A DNA stretch of 64,000 nucleotides, taken from assembly GCA_045533905.1 (NCBI GenBank), contig JAZSIR010000001.1:7617-71616 (forward strand), written 5' to 3'. Positions 43,065 through 51,262 of the stretch are shown here, in pieces (the stretch's first letter is position 1; each line of letters opens with the position of its first letter). The notes beneath the pieces were generated by a model that saw only the letters and a program-made list of their open reading frames with translations, was not told where the DNA came from and made no database searches. This DNA is from Clostridia bacterium. Its GTDB lineage: Bacteria > Bacillota > Clostridia > UMGS1883 > UMGS1540. A program made the position numbers and the translations under genes.

Positions 43065-44584
43065 ACGCTCTCCTCCTCATCAAAGAACAGAATATCATCC
43101 TCGAGCATACTGATTTCGGTGTGAAGCCTCTGCAGCATGCGGGCACGTCTTCTCCTTTCAAAAAGGCCTAATGTCTGAATCGTGATGAGCGGTGTCATCG
43201 CAATCATCGCTACAATGCCGAAGGCATCCATCATCACATTGCCTCCGATGGCCTCGCAGGCACCCATTGCAAACGGAAGCATAAAGGTCGATGTCATCGG
43301 ACCGCTCGCAACGCCGCCCGAGTCAAACGCGATGCCGGTATAGATGTGCGGCACGAAAAAGCTGATGACAATGGATATGGCATATCCCAAAATCAAAAAC
43401 GGCATAATCGGCATCCCCGTAAGAACACGGAGCATAGAGATGCCCACAGAAATCGAAACGCCGACGGAAAGCGCCGTTGCTACGGCTTTCTGGGAAATAG
43501 CGCCGTTTGTAATTTCGCTGACCTGTCTTTTTAAGGAGTGCACCGCAGGCTCTGCAGAAACCACGAAGTAGCCCATCACCATACCGACGGGAATAAGCAT
43601 CGCGCGAAAGGAACCCCCGGCAAGCTTTGCGCCGATAAGGCGGCCTGCGGGCATAAAGCCGACGTTGGCGCCCGTCAAAAAAAGTACAAGCCCTATATAG
43701 GTGTATACAAAACCGACGGACATTTTGAGAACATTATGAATATGGAATCTCCTTGTGATAAGCTGAAAGACAAGAAAGACCAAAACAATCGGCACAAACG
43801 CCATCAAAACCTCTTTTGCATATTTCGGGAGCCAGTGTGCAAACTCGCCGAAAGCTTCCGTAGTTGTGGTAATTTCCGTCATCGTATAGGTCGAGGTGGC
43901 AGCGTGGGGCCTGAAGAAAATGCTAAGAAGAAGCACCGACAAGATGGGACCGATACTGCAAAGTGCTACAAGACCGAAGCTGTTTTCGCCGCTATGCTTA
44001 CCACCCTTGACAGAGGCAAGACCTGCACCGAGCGCCATAATAAAGGGCACCGTGATGGGTCCGGTGGTAACGCCGCCCGAATCAAAGGCTGTAGGTACAA
44101 ATTCGGCCGGTGCAAAGAAGGAAAGGCCGATAATTAAGATGTAGAAAATAAGCAAAAGTGTGCGAAGTGGGATATTCTTTTTGTTCCGGACAAGCGTGAT
44201 ACTGAGAAAAACACCGACGCCGATACCGACACAGTTTATAAGAAGTGCATTCGGAATGGTAGGCACCTGCTCGGCAAGCACCTGCAGATCCGGTTCCGAC
44301 ACGGTAATCAGAAAGCCGAGAACGCCGCAGATAATAAGCGGCAGCAAAATTTTGCTGTTTTTATTGAGAGACTTCCCGATGCCATCGCCAAGCGGTTCCA
44401 TCGATATGCCGGAACCTACCGTAAAAAAGCCCATTCCGAGGATCAGAAGAATTGTGCCGAATAAAAACAGAACGAGCACCCCGGCATCGAGCGTTACTGC
44501 GGTGACAGACAGAATTAAAACAATAATCGCAATCGGCAAAACCGAGGAAAGCGATTCTTTGGCAGATGCATAAATATGTGACAT
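43061..44584 (-). CDS. Internally duplicated integral membrane protein (DUF1538-like)
   Basis: Start MSHIYASAKE at 44584. Two halves each carry FDSGGV(T/A)(T/S)GP(I/M)T (AFDSGGVTTGPITVPF and AFDSGGVASGPMTSTF). Confidence 0.55.
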   Translation of the reverse strand: MSHIYASAKESLSSVLPIAIIVLILSVTAVTLDAGVLVLFLFGTILLILGMGFFTVGSGISMEPLGDGIGKSLNKNSKILLPLIICGVLGFLITVSEPDLQVLAEQVPTIPNALLINCVGIGVGVFLSITLVRNKKNIPLRTLLLIFYILIIGLSFFAPAEFVPTAFDSGGVTTGPITVPFIMALGAGLASVKGGKHSGENSFGLVALCSIGPILSVLLLSIFFRPHAATSTYTMTEITTTTEAFGEFAHWLPKYAKEVLMAFVPIVLVFLVFQLITRRFHIHNVLKMSVGFVYTYIGLVLFLTGANVGFMPAGRLIGAKLAGGSFRAMLIPVGMVMGYFVVSAEPAVHSLKRQVSEITNGAISQKAVATALSVGVSISVGISMLRVLTGMPIMPFLILGYAISIVISFFVPHIYTGIAFDSGGVASGPMTSTFMLPFAMGACEAIGGNVMMDAFGIVAMIAMTPLITIQTLGLFERRRRARMLQRLHTEISMLEDDILFFDEEESV

Positions 44585-44666
44585 GCAAACGACTCCTTGC
44601 CCTAAACCCACACGGATTTTTCTATGTATATCCTGACGGTTTTCTGCAAATTCACAGTTATAGTTT

Positions 44667-44695
44667 ATTATACCATATTCTTCTCTTTTTTGCAA
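44667..44695 (-). promoter_or_regulatory. Promoter for the DUF1538/P-II/AEC operon
   Basis: On the minus strand: TTGCAA, 17 nt, TATAAT, with TGn (tggTATAAT). Confidence 0.5.
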
Positions 44696-44730
44696 TTTTT
44701 TTGAAAAAAATAAAAAATTAAAAAAAAGAC

Positions 44731-44759
44731 TTGTATATTTCAAAAAGTTATGCTATAAT
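44731..44759 (+). promoter_or_regulatory. Promoter for rpmB
   Basis: TTGTAT, 17 nt, TATAAT, with extended-10 (tgcTATAAT). Confidence 0.6.
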
Positions 44760-44803
44760 GTATCTGTTTCAGTATGGAAACGAACCGAAGGAGGTGTATA
44801 TAT

Positions 44804-44989
44804 ATGGCAAAGTGTGATATCTGCGGAAAGGGCGTTTCGTTTGGCATTCAGGTCAGCCACTCGCACAGAAGAGCAAATAAGATGTGGAAATCGAACATCA
44901 GAACAGTTAAGGCTATCGTTGGTGGTACGCCGAAAACGGTGCATGTTTGTTCCCGTTGTCTGCGCTCGGGTCTTGTGACACGCGCTTAA
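44804..44989 (+). CDS. rpmB: 50S ribosomal protein L28
   Basis: MAKCDICGKGVSFGIQVSHSHRRANKMWKSNIRTVKA... 61 aa. GGAGG RBS. Confidence 0.92.
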   Translation: MAKCDICGKGVSFGIQVSHSHRRANKMWKSNIRTVKAIVGGTPKTVHVCSRCLRSGLVTRA

Positions 44990-45004
44990 TTCGTTTGGTT
45001 TGAG

Positions 45005-45038
45005 AAGAAGATATTTCCTCGCGAATATCTTCTTTTTT
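45005..45038 (+). terminator. Rho-independent terminator after rpmB
   Basis: AAGAAGATATT-tcctcgcg-AATATCTTCTT followed by TTTT. Confidence 0.75.
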
Positions 45039-45067
45039 CATTTAGAGAGAAACATAGAAAGGACTTT

Positions 45068-45958
45068 TTGAAAGTGAAAAGAAAACGTCGCTGGGGTGAC
45101 CGCAAAGACGGGAGACGCCTTCGTACTCTCCCCCCGATGTCTATGGTTTCCCCCTATATTATGAAAACACGCGCAGGCGCGCAAAATAAAGTGCATTATA
45201 CGTTGGATATTGCAAAGGTAGAAGACTATATCCGTAAAAAACGTGCCGAAGGGCTTAAGAGTTTTGGCGTTCTGCACGTACTCGTAGCCGCCTATGTGCG
45301 GACCGTGGCCGCAAGGCCCGCTATCAACCGCTTTATCTCCGGGCAGAAGATTTTTGCCCGCCACGACATTGAAACGGTGATGGCGATTAAAATGTCGATG
45401 ACGCTCGATGCGCCCGACACGATGATTAAGCTGAAGTTTGCACCGTCGGCAACGGCGGACGATGTATACCATGCTTTTGTAAAGGAAATTGATGCAAACC
45501 GTGGTGAAGGTGCTGCGGAGGAAAGCGATTTTGATAAGCTCGCACGTATTCTCCGCTACATCCCGGGGCTTCTTCTTCGCTTTACGGTTTCGATTCTGAC
45601 CTTCCTCGATTACTTCGGACATCTGCCGCGGTTTTTGACGAATTTAAGCCCGTTCCATGGCTCGATGGTCATTACCTCTATGGGGTCACTTGGTATTCCG
45701 CCGATTTACCATCATCTGTATGACTTTGGCAACGTACCGATTTTCATCGCGTACGGCGCAAAGAAAAAGATGATTGTACCGCAAAGAGGCACGTGCGAGC
45801 CGGAGTACAAGAAGTTTCTGGACTTTACGGTGACTACGGACGAGCGCATTTGTGACGGATACTATTTCGCCTCTGCCCTAAAGTATCTGTGCAGCATTCT
45901 CGAAAATCCGGATGTTTTAGACACGCCCCCGGAAAAGGTTATTGAAGATATTGAATAG
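45068..45958 (+). CDS. Stand-alone 2-oxoacid-dehydrogenase E2-type acyltransferase catalytic-domain homolog with an altered active-site motif
   Basis: About 296 aa. Basic N-terminus KRKRRWGDRKDGRRLR. C-terminal TTDERICDGYYFASAL corresponds to the DHRxxDG motif with His replaced by Glu. Confidence 0.55.
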   Translation: MKVKRKRRWGDRKDGRRLRTLPPMSMVSPYIMKTRAGAQNKVHYTLDIAKVEDYIRKKRAEGLKSFGVLHVLVAAYVRTVAARPAINRFISGQKIFARHDIETVMAIKMSMTLDAPDTMIKLKFAPSATADDVYHAFVKEIDANRGEGAAEESDFDKLARILRYIPGLLLRFTVSILTFLDYFGHLPRFLTNLSPFHGSMVITSMGSLGIPPIYHHLYDFGNVPIFIAYGAKKKMIVPQRGTCEPEYKKFLDFTVTTDERICDGYYFASALKYLCSILENPDVLDTPPEKVIEDIE

Positions 45959-45967
45959 ACAAGATAA

Positions 45968-45999
45968 GGGACTGAAAACCTCGGTTTTCAGTCCCTTTT
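45968..45999. terminator. Terminator between convergent genes (E2-like and mutL)
   Basis: GGGACTGAAAACC-tcg-GTTTTCAGTCCC followed by TTTT. Confidence 0.7.
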
Positions 46000-46002
46000 G
46001 TA

Positions 46003-47913
46003 TTATACAATGCGGCGGAATTGTTTCTCTATTTCCTTTTTTGTGAGTGACAGAATAATCGGTCTCCCGTGCGGGCAGGTGGCAATGCCTTCCAGAAGAA
46101 GTGCCTTCTTCACAAGAACCTCCTGCTCCTTTTCGGAAAGGTACCGGCCGCCTTTTAAGGCCGCCTTGCAGGCGATGCTCTCGAGAGCTTCCATCTCGGC
46201 AGTGGTCTTGGTGTCCCGTCTTGCGGAAAGTCTGTCGATAATTTCCAGAAATGCGGCGGAGACATCGGTATCGGAAAGTGCCGTGGGCACCATACTGATT
46301 TTGACAATCCCCGTGCCGAACTCCTCGGCATCAAAGCCGATTTTCTGCACAAGTGCTTCGTTTTCAAGAAATACAGACATTTCGCTCGGCGAAAGCCGCA
46401 CATTCGTAGGCATCAGAAGCATCTGGCTGTCCACGCCCTTACCCTTTATATCTTCAAGGAGGGCATTATATAAGATACGCTCGTGCGCTGCGTGCTGATC
46501 AACTAAAATGAGCTTTCCTTCTGCTTCGGCCACGATATAGGTATCAAATGCCTGCCCCAAAATGCGCACAAACGGCTCCGGCTCGGGTGCGGGCACAGCT
46601 TCGGCTTTACCTTCGACTGTAGATTCCGGTACGCGTGCGGGCGCAGGTGTTACCGCAGTTTCCTTCTTCTCAGGAAACTCCGGAAGCGGAACTTCCACGG
46701 AAATACGCGGTGCAGAGCACATCTCTTCTCTTTCTCCGGCATAGGAATATGCGGGCGGCGGCGTCACGGTCACCGTGCGCGGCGACTCTCTCTTTTCCGG
46801 CGTTTCTGGCGTGGCAGCACGCGGCTTTGTGGGCGCTGAAGGCGGTACGACTTCGGTCTGCACCGGAGAAGCCGTCTCCCTCTTCGGCGGAGGCGTCGTT
46901 TCTATATGCAGCGTGCGCGTATCGCGGATCGCATAGAGCGAATTTTTCGTACCCCAGTAAATCACATCAAAAATGGGCTTGTCATTTGCAAACTTGATTT
47001 CCGCTTTCGAAGGATGTACATTCACATCACAAAGTGCAGGGTCAATATTGATATGTAAAACGGCCACAGGGAATCTTCCTGTCATAATCTGACCGCGGTA
47101 TGCCTCCATAAGCGCTATGGAGAAGCTTTTATGCATAACACTTCTGCCGTTGACAAAGAAAATCTGAAACGTGCGGTTCGGCCTTGTCAGCTCACTTTTG
47201 CCAATGAGCCCCGTAATCTGCACGCCGTCCTGCGCATAGGAGACGGGAAGCATTGCCTCGGCATAGTCACGCCCGAAAAGCGCCAGAACTGCATTTTGTA
47301 GCTCGCCGTCACCGGGCGTGAAAAAGATTTCTTTGCCGTTTACAATAAAGCGAAAGGAAATATCCGGGCGTGCGAGGGCGATTTTACGGACAATCTCCTC
47401 CGCATAGCCTGCTTCAACACTGTCTTTTTTCAGAAACTTCATTCTTGCCGGCGTATTAAAGAATAAATCACGAACAACAACGCTTGTGCCGTCGGGACAG
47501 CCGCAAGGCTCGAGCAGCGGCTCGCCGCCACCTCGTACGGCGGCGCGCGTTCCCATTGCATCCTCGCGGCGCTTTGTTATGATTTCCACTTCCGCCACAG
47601 CCGCGATACTGTAAAGAGCCTCCCCGCGAAAGCCGAGTGTTACGATGCTTTCGAGATCCTCTTCCGTTTCTATCTTACTCGTTGCATGGCGCAAAAACGC
47701 CGTGGGTACATCCTCTTCGGCCATACCGCGGCCGTTATCGGTGACCCGCATATATGTAATGCCGCCACGGCGCAGCTCCACGGTAATATGGCTCGCCAAA
47801 GCGTCAATTGCATTTTCCACAAGTTCTTTTATAACAGATGCCGGGCGTTCTACCACCTCGCCCGCAGCAATAAGCGCCGCAACTTCAGGCGCCAGTTTTC
47901 TGATTTCTGCCAT
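46003..47913 (-). CDS. mutL: DNA mismatch repair protein MutL
   Basis: IAAGEVVERPASVIKELVENAIDA GHKL N-terminus. Pro-rich linker. C-terminal dimerisation domain with QAFDTYIV and DQHAAHERI. Confidence 0.92.
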   Translation of the reverse strand: MAEIRKLAPEVAALIAAGEVVERPASVIKELVENAIDALASHITVELRRGGITYMRVTDNGRGMAEEDVPTAFLRHATSKIETEEDLESIVTLGFRGEALYSIAAVAEVEIITKRREDAMGTRAAVRGGGEPLLEPCGCPDGTSVVVRDLFFNTPARMKFLKKDSVEAGYAEEIVRKIALARPDISFRFIVNGKEIFFTPGDGELQNAVLALFGRDYAEAMLPVSYAQDGVQITGLIGKSELTRPNRTFQIFFVNGRSVMHKSFSIALMEAYRGQIMTGRFPVAVLHINIDPALCDVNVHPSKAEIKFANDKPIFDVIYWGTKNSLYAIRDTRTLHIETTPPPKRETASPVQTEVVPPSAPTKPRAATPETPEKRESPRTVTVTPPPAYSYAGEREEMCSAPRISVEVPLPEFPEKKETAVTPAPARVPESTVEGKAEAVPAPEPEPFVRILGQAFDTYIVAEAEGKLILVDQHAAHERILYNALLEDIKGKGVDSQMLLMPTNVRLSPSEMSVFLENEALVQKIGFDAEEFGTGIVKISMVPTALSDTDVSAAFLEIIDRLSARRDTKTTAEMEALESIACKAALKGGRYLSEKEQEVLVKKALLLEGIATCPHGRPIILSLTKKEIEKQFRRIV

Positions 47914-47963
47914 ACTGTTTCCTCGCTTTTCTCTCGTTCTCTCCGTGCCCGCTAGAACAAAAA

Positions 47964-47990
47964 GGCAAATGAAAACTCATTTGCCTTTTT
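47964..47990 (-). terminator. Bidirectional terminator after spoVG
   Basis: AAAAA-GGCAAATGA-aaac-TCATTTGCC-TTTTT. Confidence 0.7.
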
Positions 47991-48001
47991 GTTTTGGCAG
48001 A

Positions 48002-48277
48002 TTACTCTGCGTCGTCTTGTTGCAGAAGCGTTTCTTCGTACTTACGAAGAATGGCACTCTGAAGAAGCTCTCGCATTTCGGCATTGATCGGGTGCGCAAC
48101 GTCCTTAAAAACACCCTCAGGCGTTTTTCTGCTAGGCATTGCTATGAACAGCTTGTCTTGACCTTCAATTACTTTGATGTCATGGATTACGATAGCGTTA
48201 TCGAAGGTTACAGAAACAACCGCCTTCATTTTGCCCTCTGCCGTCATCCGCCTGACGCGGATATCCGTGATGTCCAT
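48002..48277 (-). CDS. spoVG: Septation/sporulation regulator SpoVG
   Basis: [51 protein letters not shown]... the canonical SpoVG sequence. Confidence 0.92.
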   Translation of the reverse strand: MDITDIRVRRMTAEGKMKAVVSVTFDNAIVIHDIKVIEGQDKLFIAMPSRKTPEGVFKDVAHPINAEMRELLQSAILRKYEETLLQQDDAE

Positions 48278-48335
48278 GAATGCATCTCCTCCCGTTTATG
48301 TAGGTCAGAAGCGTCTCTAACCCCGCTTATTTACT

Positions 48336-48364
48336 ATTTTATCAAATAAAAAATAAAATTTCAA
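48336..48364 (-). promoter_or_regulatory. Candidate promoter for spoVG
   Basis: On the minus strand: TTGAAA, 17 nt, TAAAAT, within a very AT-rich divergent intergenic region. Confidence 0.4.
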
Positions 48365-48454
48365 CAAAAATTACAATTTTATTGTATTTTTTTTATTTTT
48401 TAGTGTATAATATATATAATAGTATATTCTGATTTGGGAAAGGACAACATCGAA

Positions 48455-49825
48455 ATGGCATTTTTATTATCTTCCTTACCGCACGGCGCACATATTCATT
48501 TTATCGGCATAGGCGGCATCAGTATGAGCGGCCTCGCCGACATACTAATAGACCGAGGCTTTCGCGTAAGCGGTTCTGATGTGCGCGAATCCCGCCTTAC
48601 GGAGCATCTCCGTACGCGCGGTGCCACCGTGTACATAGGCCAACGTGCAGAAAACATCCAAAATCCGGATGCCGTTGTATACTCGGCAGCCATAAAGCCG
48701 GATAACGAGGAATTTCGCGCGGCCGAGGAATGCGGCGCGCCTTTGTTTGACCGTGCAACGCTGATGGGCGCGATCATGAAGCTTTATAAATACCCCGTAG
48801 CAATTGCGGGCACACACGGCAAAACCACAACCACCTCCATGATGACGCATATTGCACTCGCAGCTGACCTTGACCCCACCATTTCCCTTGGCGGGGAGCT
48901 TTCTGCCATCGGCGGCAACATCCGCGTTGGCGGCGGCGAGCATTTTATTTGCGAGGCTTGTGAATACCACCAGAGCTTTCTGCGGTTTTTTCCGCTTGTA
49001 AGTATTATTTTAAATGTAGAAGAGGATCATCTCGATTACTTTAGAGATCTTGACCATATTATGGATACTTTCCGCGGTCTCGCGGATTTAACGCCGCCGG
49101 AAGGGGCCGTAATCATCAATGCCGATGACGAAAACACCTGTACAGCAGTGTCGGAAAGTTCTGCCCGCATTATCACCGCTTCTGTACGGGACAAGTCAAA
49201 AGACTTTGTGGCCGTAGATATCGAAACGGATGAAGCCGGCTTCCCCGCCTTCTCCGTTTTAGAGTATGGAGAGAATCTCGGGCGCATTACGCTCTCCGTT
49301 TTCGGTATGCATAATGTATCAAATGCTCTTTGCACCGTGGCCGCTGCGCGTTTTCTCGGTATTCCGTTCTCGGCCATTTCGAAAGGGCTTGCTGCCTTCA
49401 CAGGTGTTGGCCGCCGATTTGAAATCAAGGGCACGAAAGACGGCGTTATGGTGGTAGATGATTATGCGCATCACCCCACAGAAATTGCCGCTACACTTCG
49501 CGTAGCGCAGGAGACCGCAAAAGGGCGCGTGTGGTGCATTTTTCAGCCGCACACCTATACGAGGACCAAAACACTGTTTGACGACTTTAAAACGGTATTT
49601 TCAAACACAGGCGTACTTATGTTAGACATTTATGCCGCCCGTGAAAAGGATACGGGACTTGTAAGCGCAAAAGAGCTTGCGGATGCAACGCCGGGCGCTA
49701 TGTACCTTCCCTCCTTTGAGGCGTGCGCCGCATACCTTCTTGAAAATGTCAGAGAGGGAGATATGGTGCTGACGATGGGCGCGGGCGATGTATACCGCAT
49801 CGGCGAAATGTTTTTAAAAAAATGA
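48455..49825 (+). CDS. murC: UDP-N-acetylmuramate--L-alanine ligase
   Basis: Start MAFLLSS follows GGAAAGGA. Motifs HFIGIGGISMSGLA and GTHGKTTTTSM. Confidence 0.9.
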   Translation: MAFLLSSLPHGAHIHFIGIGGISMSGLADILIDRGFRVSGSDVRESRLTEHLRTRGATVYIGQRAENIQNPDAVVYSAAIKPDNEEFRAAEECGAPLFDRATLMGAIMKLYKYPVAIAGTHGKTTTTSMMTHIALAADLDPTISLGGELSAIGGNIRVGGGEHFICEACEYHQSFLRFFPLVSIILNVEEDHLDYFRDLDHIMDTFRGLADLTPPEGAVIINADDENTCTAVSESSARIITASVRDKSKDFVAVDIETDEAGFPAFSVLEYGENLGRITLSVFGMHNVSNALCTVAAARFLGIPFSAISKGLAAFTGVGRRFEIKGTKDGVMVVDDYAHHPTEIAATLRVAQETAKGRVWCIFQPHTYTRTKTLFDDFKTVFSNTGVLMLDIYAAREKDTGLVSAKELADATPGAMYLPSFEACAAYLLENVREGDMVLTMGAGDVYRIGEMFLKK

Positions 49826-49840
49826 ACAGATATACAAAAA

Positions 49841-49869
49841 GGCTTTAGCAAATAGCTAAAGCCTTTTTT
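49841..49869. terminator. Bidirectional terminator between murC and the SLH gene
   Basis: AAAAA-GGCTTTAGC-aaata-GCTAAAGCC-TTTTTT. Confidence 0.75.
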
Positions 49870-49870
49870 C

Positions 49871-51202
49871 TTATTGCTCCGGCATTTTCATAATGCCAAA
49901 TTCGTCTTTGAGCCAGAGAAGTACTTCTCCATCGAGGGATGCCAGGCCTAAATTGAACTGACCTTTCAGTGTTGTATCCTTTCGGATGGTTTCGTACAGA
50001 CCCTTTGCAATATCCACCTGTGCTTTGATTTCAGGTGTTTTAAACATAAACTGCCTGTCAATGATAGCCTTATCTTCATACGTTAATACATCTATAATGC
50101 AGTCATGAATCGTTGTGATTAAGAGATACGGCTCAACGCCGGAAAACTCATTGAGATGTGCACTTATGTCGTCACGCACAAATCTGAGCTGGTCGGCCAT
50201 CGCCTTGTTTTCGAGCGCGTAGTTCGGCGTGGGCGTCGGTTTCGGCGTAGCCGTTGCAGTGGGCTTCGGAGAAGCGGTTGCAGTAGGTTTCGGCGTAGCT
50301 GTTGCAGTAGGCTTCGGAGAAGCGGTTGCGGTAGGCTTCGGAGAAGCGGTTGCGGTAGCACTCGGGCTCGTAGTTGCCGTGGGTGCAGGGCTTGCCGTGG
50401 GCGCAGGAGAAGCCGAAGGGCTCTGTGTGGGAACCGGTGTGGCTGTAGGTGTGGGCGTTGTGCCGCCGACAACATTGTTGCCGCCGCCTCCACCGCCGCC
50501 TCCACCGCCGCCACCGCCGCCTCCGCCGCCGGAGGAGCTTGTGGGTTTGGGTGTAGGCGTGGGAACTACAGGCACATAGAGATTTGCAAACATCTGGCAA
50601 AACTCAGCTCTTGTTATGTTTTGCGTAGCACGGAAGGTGTTCCCCGCTTCCAGCGAAACGAATGCATTTCCAAGCGCGGCCTGTACATACGGAACGGCCC
50701 ACTCGGAAACCACGTCACTGATTTCGGTTTTAATCCCCAAGTCAAAAAGAGCTGCCGTGCGGCAAAGGATAGCGCACGCTTGTTCTCTTGTTACCATATT
50801 CTGGCCGCGGAAGGTGCCGTCCTCATACCCTACGATGTAGCCGGCCTTCTTGGCAATCAGTACATAGTCATAATACCAGTCCTCAGCCGTTACATCCGAA
50901 AAACCGGTAGCGTCTTTTTCAGTGTAGGCGAAAATGGCATTTACAATCTTGGAAAGCTCTGCACGTGTGATGGGAGCATCCGGTCGGAATGTACCGTCGC
51001 CATATCCAAGCAAAATGCCGCCGTCGGCAAGCTTGTAGATGGCTTTTCCTGCATCTGTGTTCTTATCTACATCCGTAAACACAATGGGAGTTTTCGTCTC
51101 CGCCGAGCGTGCGGAAAGCTCTGTTGCAGAAACGGATGCAAGTGTGGCGAACACTGTCATGGCAATTGCCAGAAACAATGCGCCTTTTCTTGAAGGTTTC
51201 AT
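49871..51202 (-). CDS. SLH-domain surface protein with a Gly17 tract and Pro/Thr/Ala-rich tandem repeats
   Basis: Signal peptide. Three SLH repeats (FTDVDKNTDAGKAIY, FSDVTAEDWYYDYV, ISDVVSEWAVPYV). Low-complexity linker and a C-terminal globular domain. Confidence 0.8.
   Translation of the reverse strand: MKPSRKGALFLAIAMTVFATLASVSATELSARSAETKTPIVFTDVDKNTDAGKAIYKLADGGILLGYGDGTFRPDAPITRAELSKIVNAIFAYTEKDATGFSDVTAEDWYYDYVLIAKKAGYIVGYEDGTFRGQNMVTREQACAILCRTAALFDLGIKTEISDVVSEWAVPYVQAALGNAFVSLEAGNTFRATQNITRAEFCQMFANLYVPVVPTPTPKPTSSSGGGGGGGGGGGGGGGGGNNVVGGTTPTPTATPVPTQSPSASPAPTASPAPTATTSPSATATASPKPTATASPKPTATATPKPTATASPKPTATATPKPTPTPNYALENKAMADQLRFVRDDISAHLNEFSGVEPYLLITTIHDCIIDVLTYEDKAIIDRQFMFKTPEIKAQVDIAKGLYETIRKDTTLKGQFNLGLASLDGEVLLWLKDEFGIMKMPEQ
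50226..50530 (-). repeat. In-frame coding tandem repeats: a 24-nt unit (TATASPKP) about 5 times, plus 17 consecutive Gly codons (50480-50530)
   Basis: ggcttcggagaagcggttgcagta-type units recur from about 50226 to 50350. NCC triplets run uninterrupted from 50480 to 50530. Confidence 0.85.
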
Positions 51203-51223
51203 TTTGTTCCCTCCTTGTTCTGA

Positions 51224-51260
51224 AAATCCGCCACGGCCACACGGCTGTGGCGGATTTTTT
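51224..51260 (-). terminator. Terminator after the giant SLH gene
   Basis: AAATCCGCCAC...GTGGCGGATTT stem. T-tracts on both strands. Confidence 0.65.
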
Positions 51261-51262
51261 GA

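Noticed and set aside
50226-50530. Regular short repeats that could be mistaken for a CRISPR-like array
   Set aside because: The units are contiguous with no spacers, are in frame and encode Pro/Thr/Ala and Gly tracts of a surface protein.
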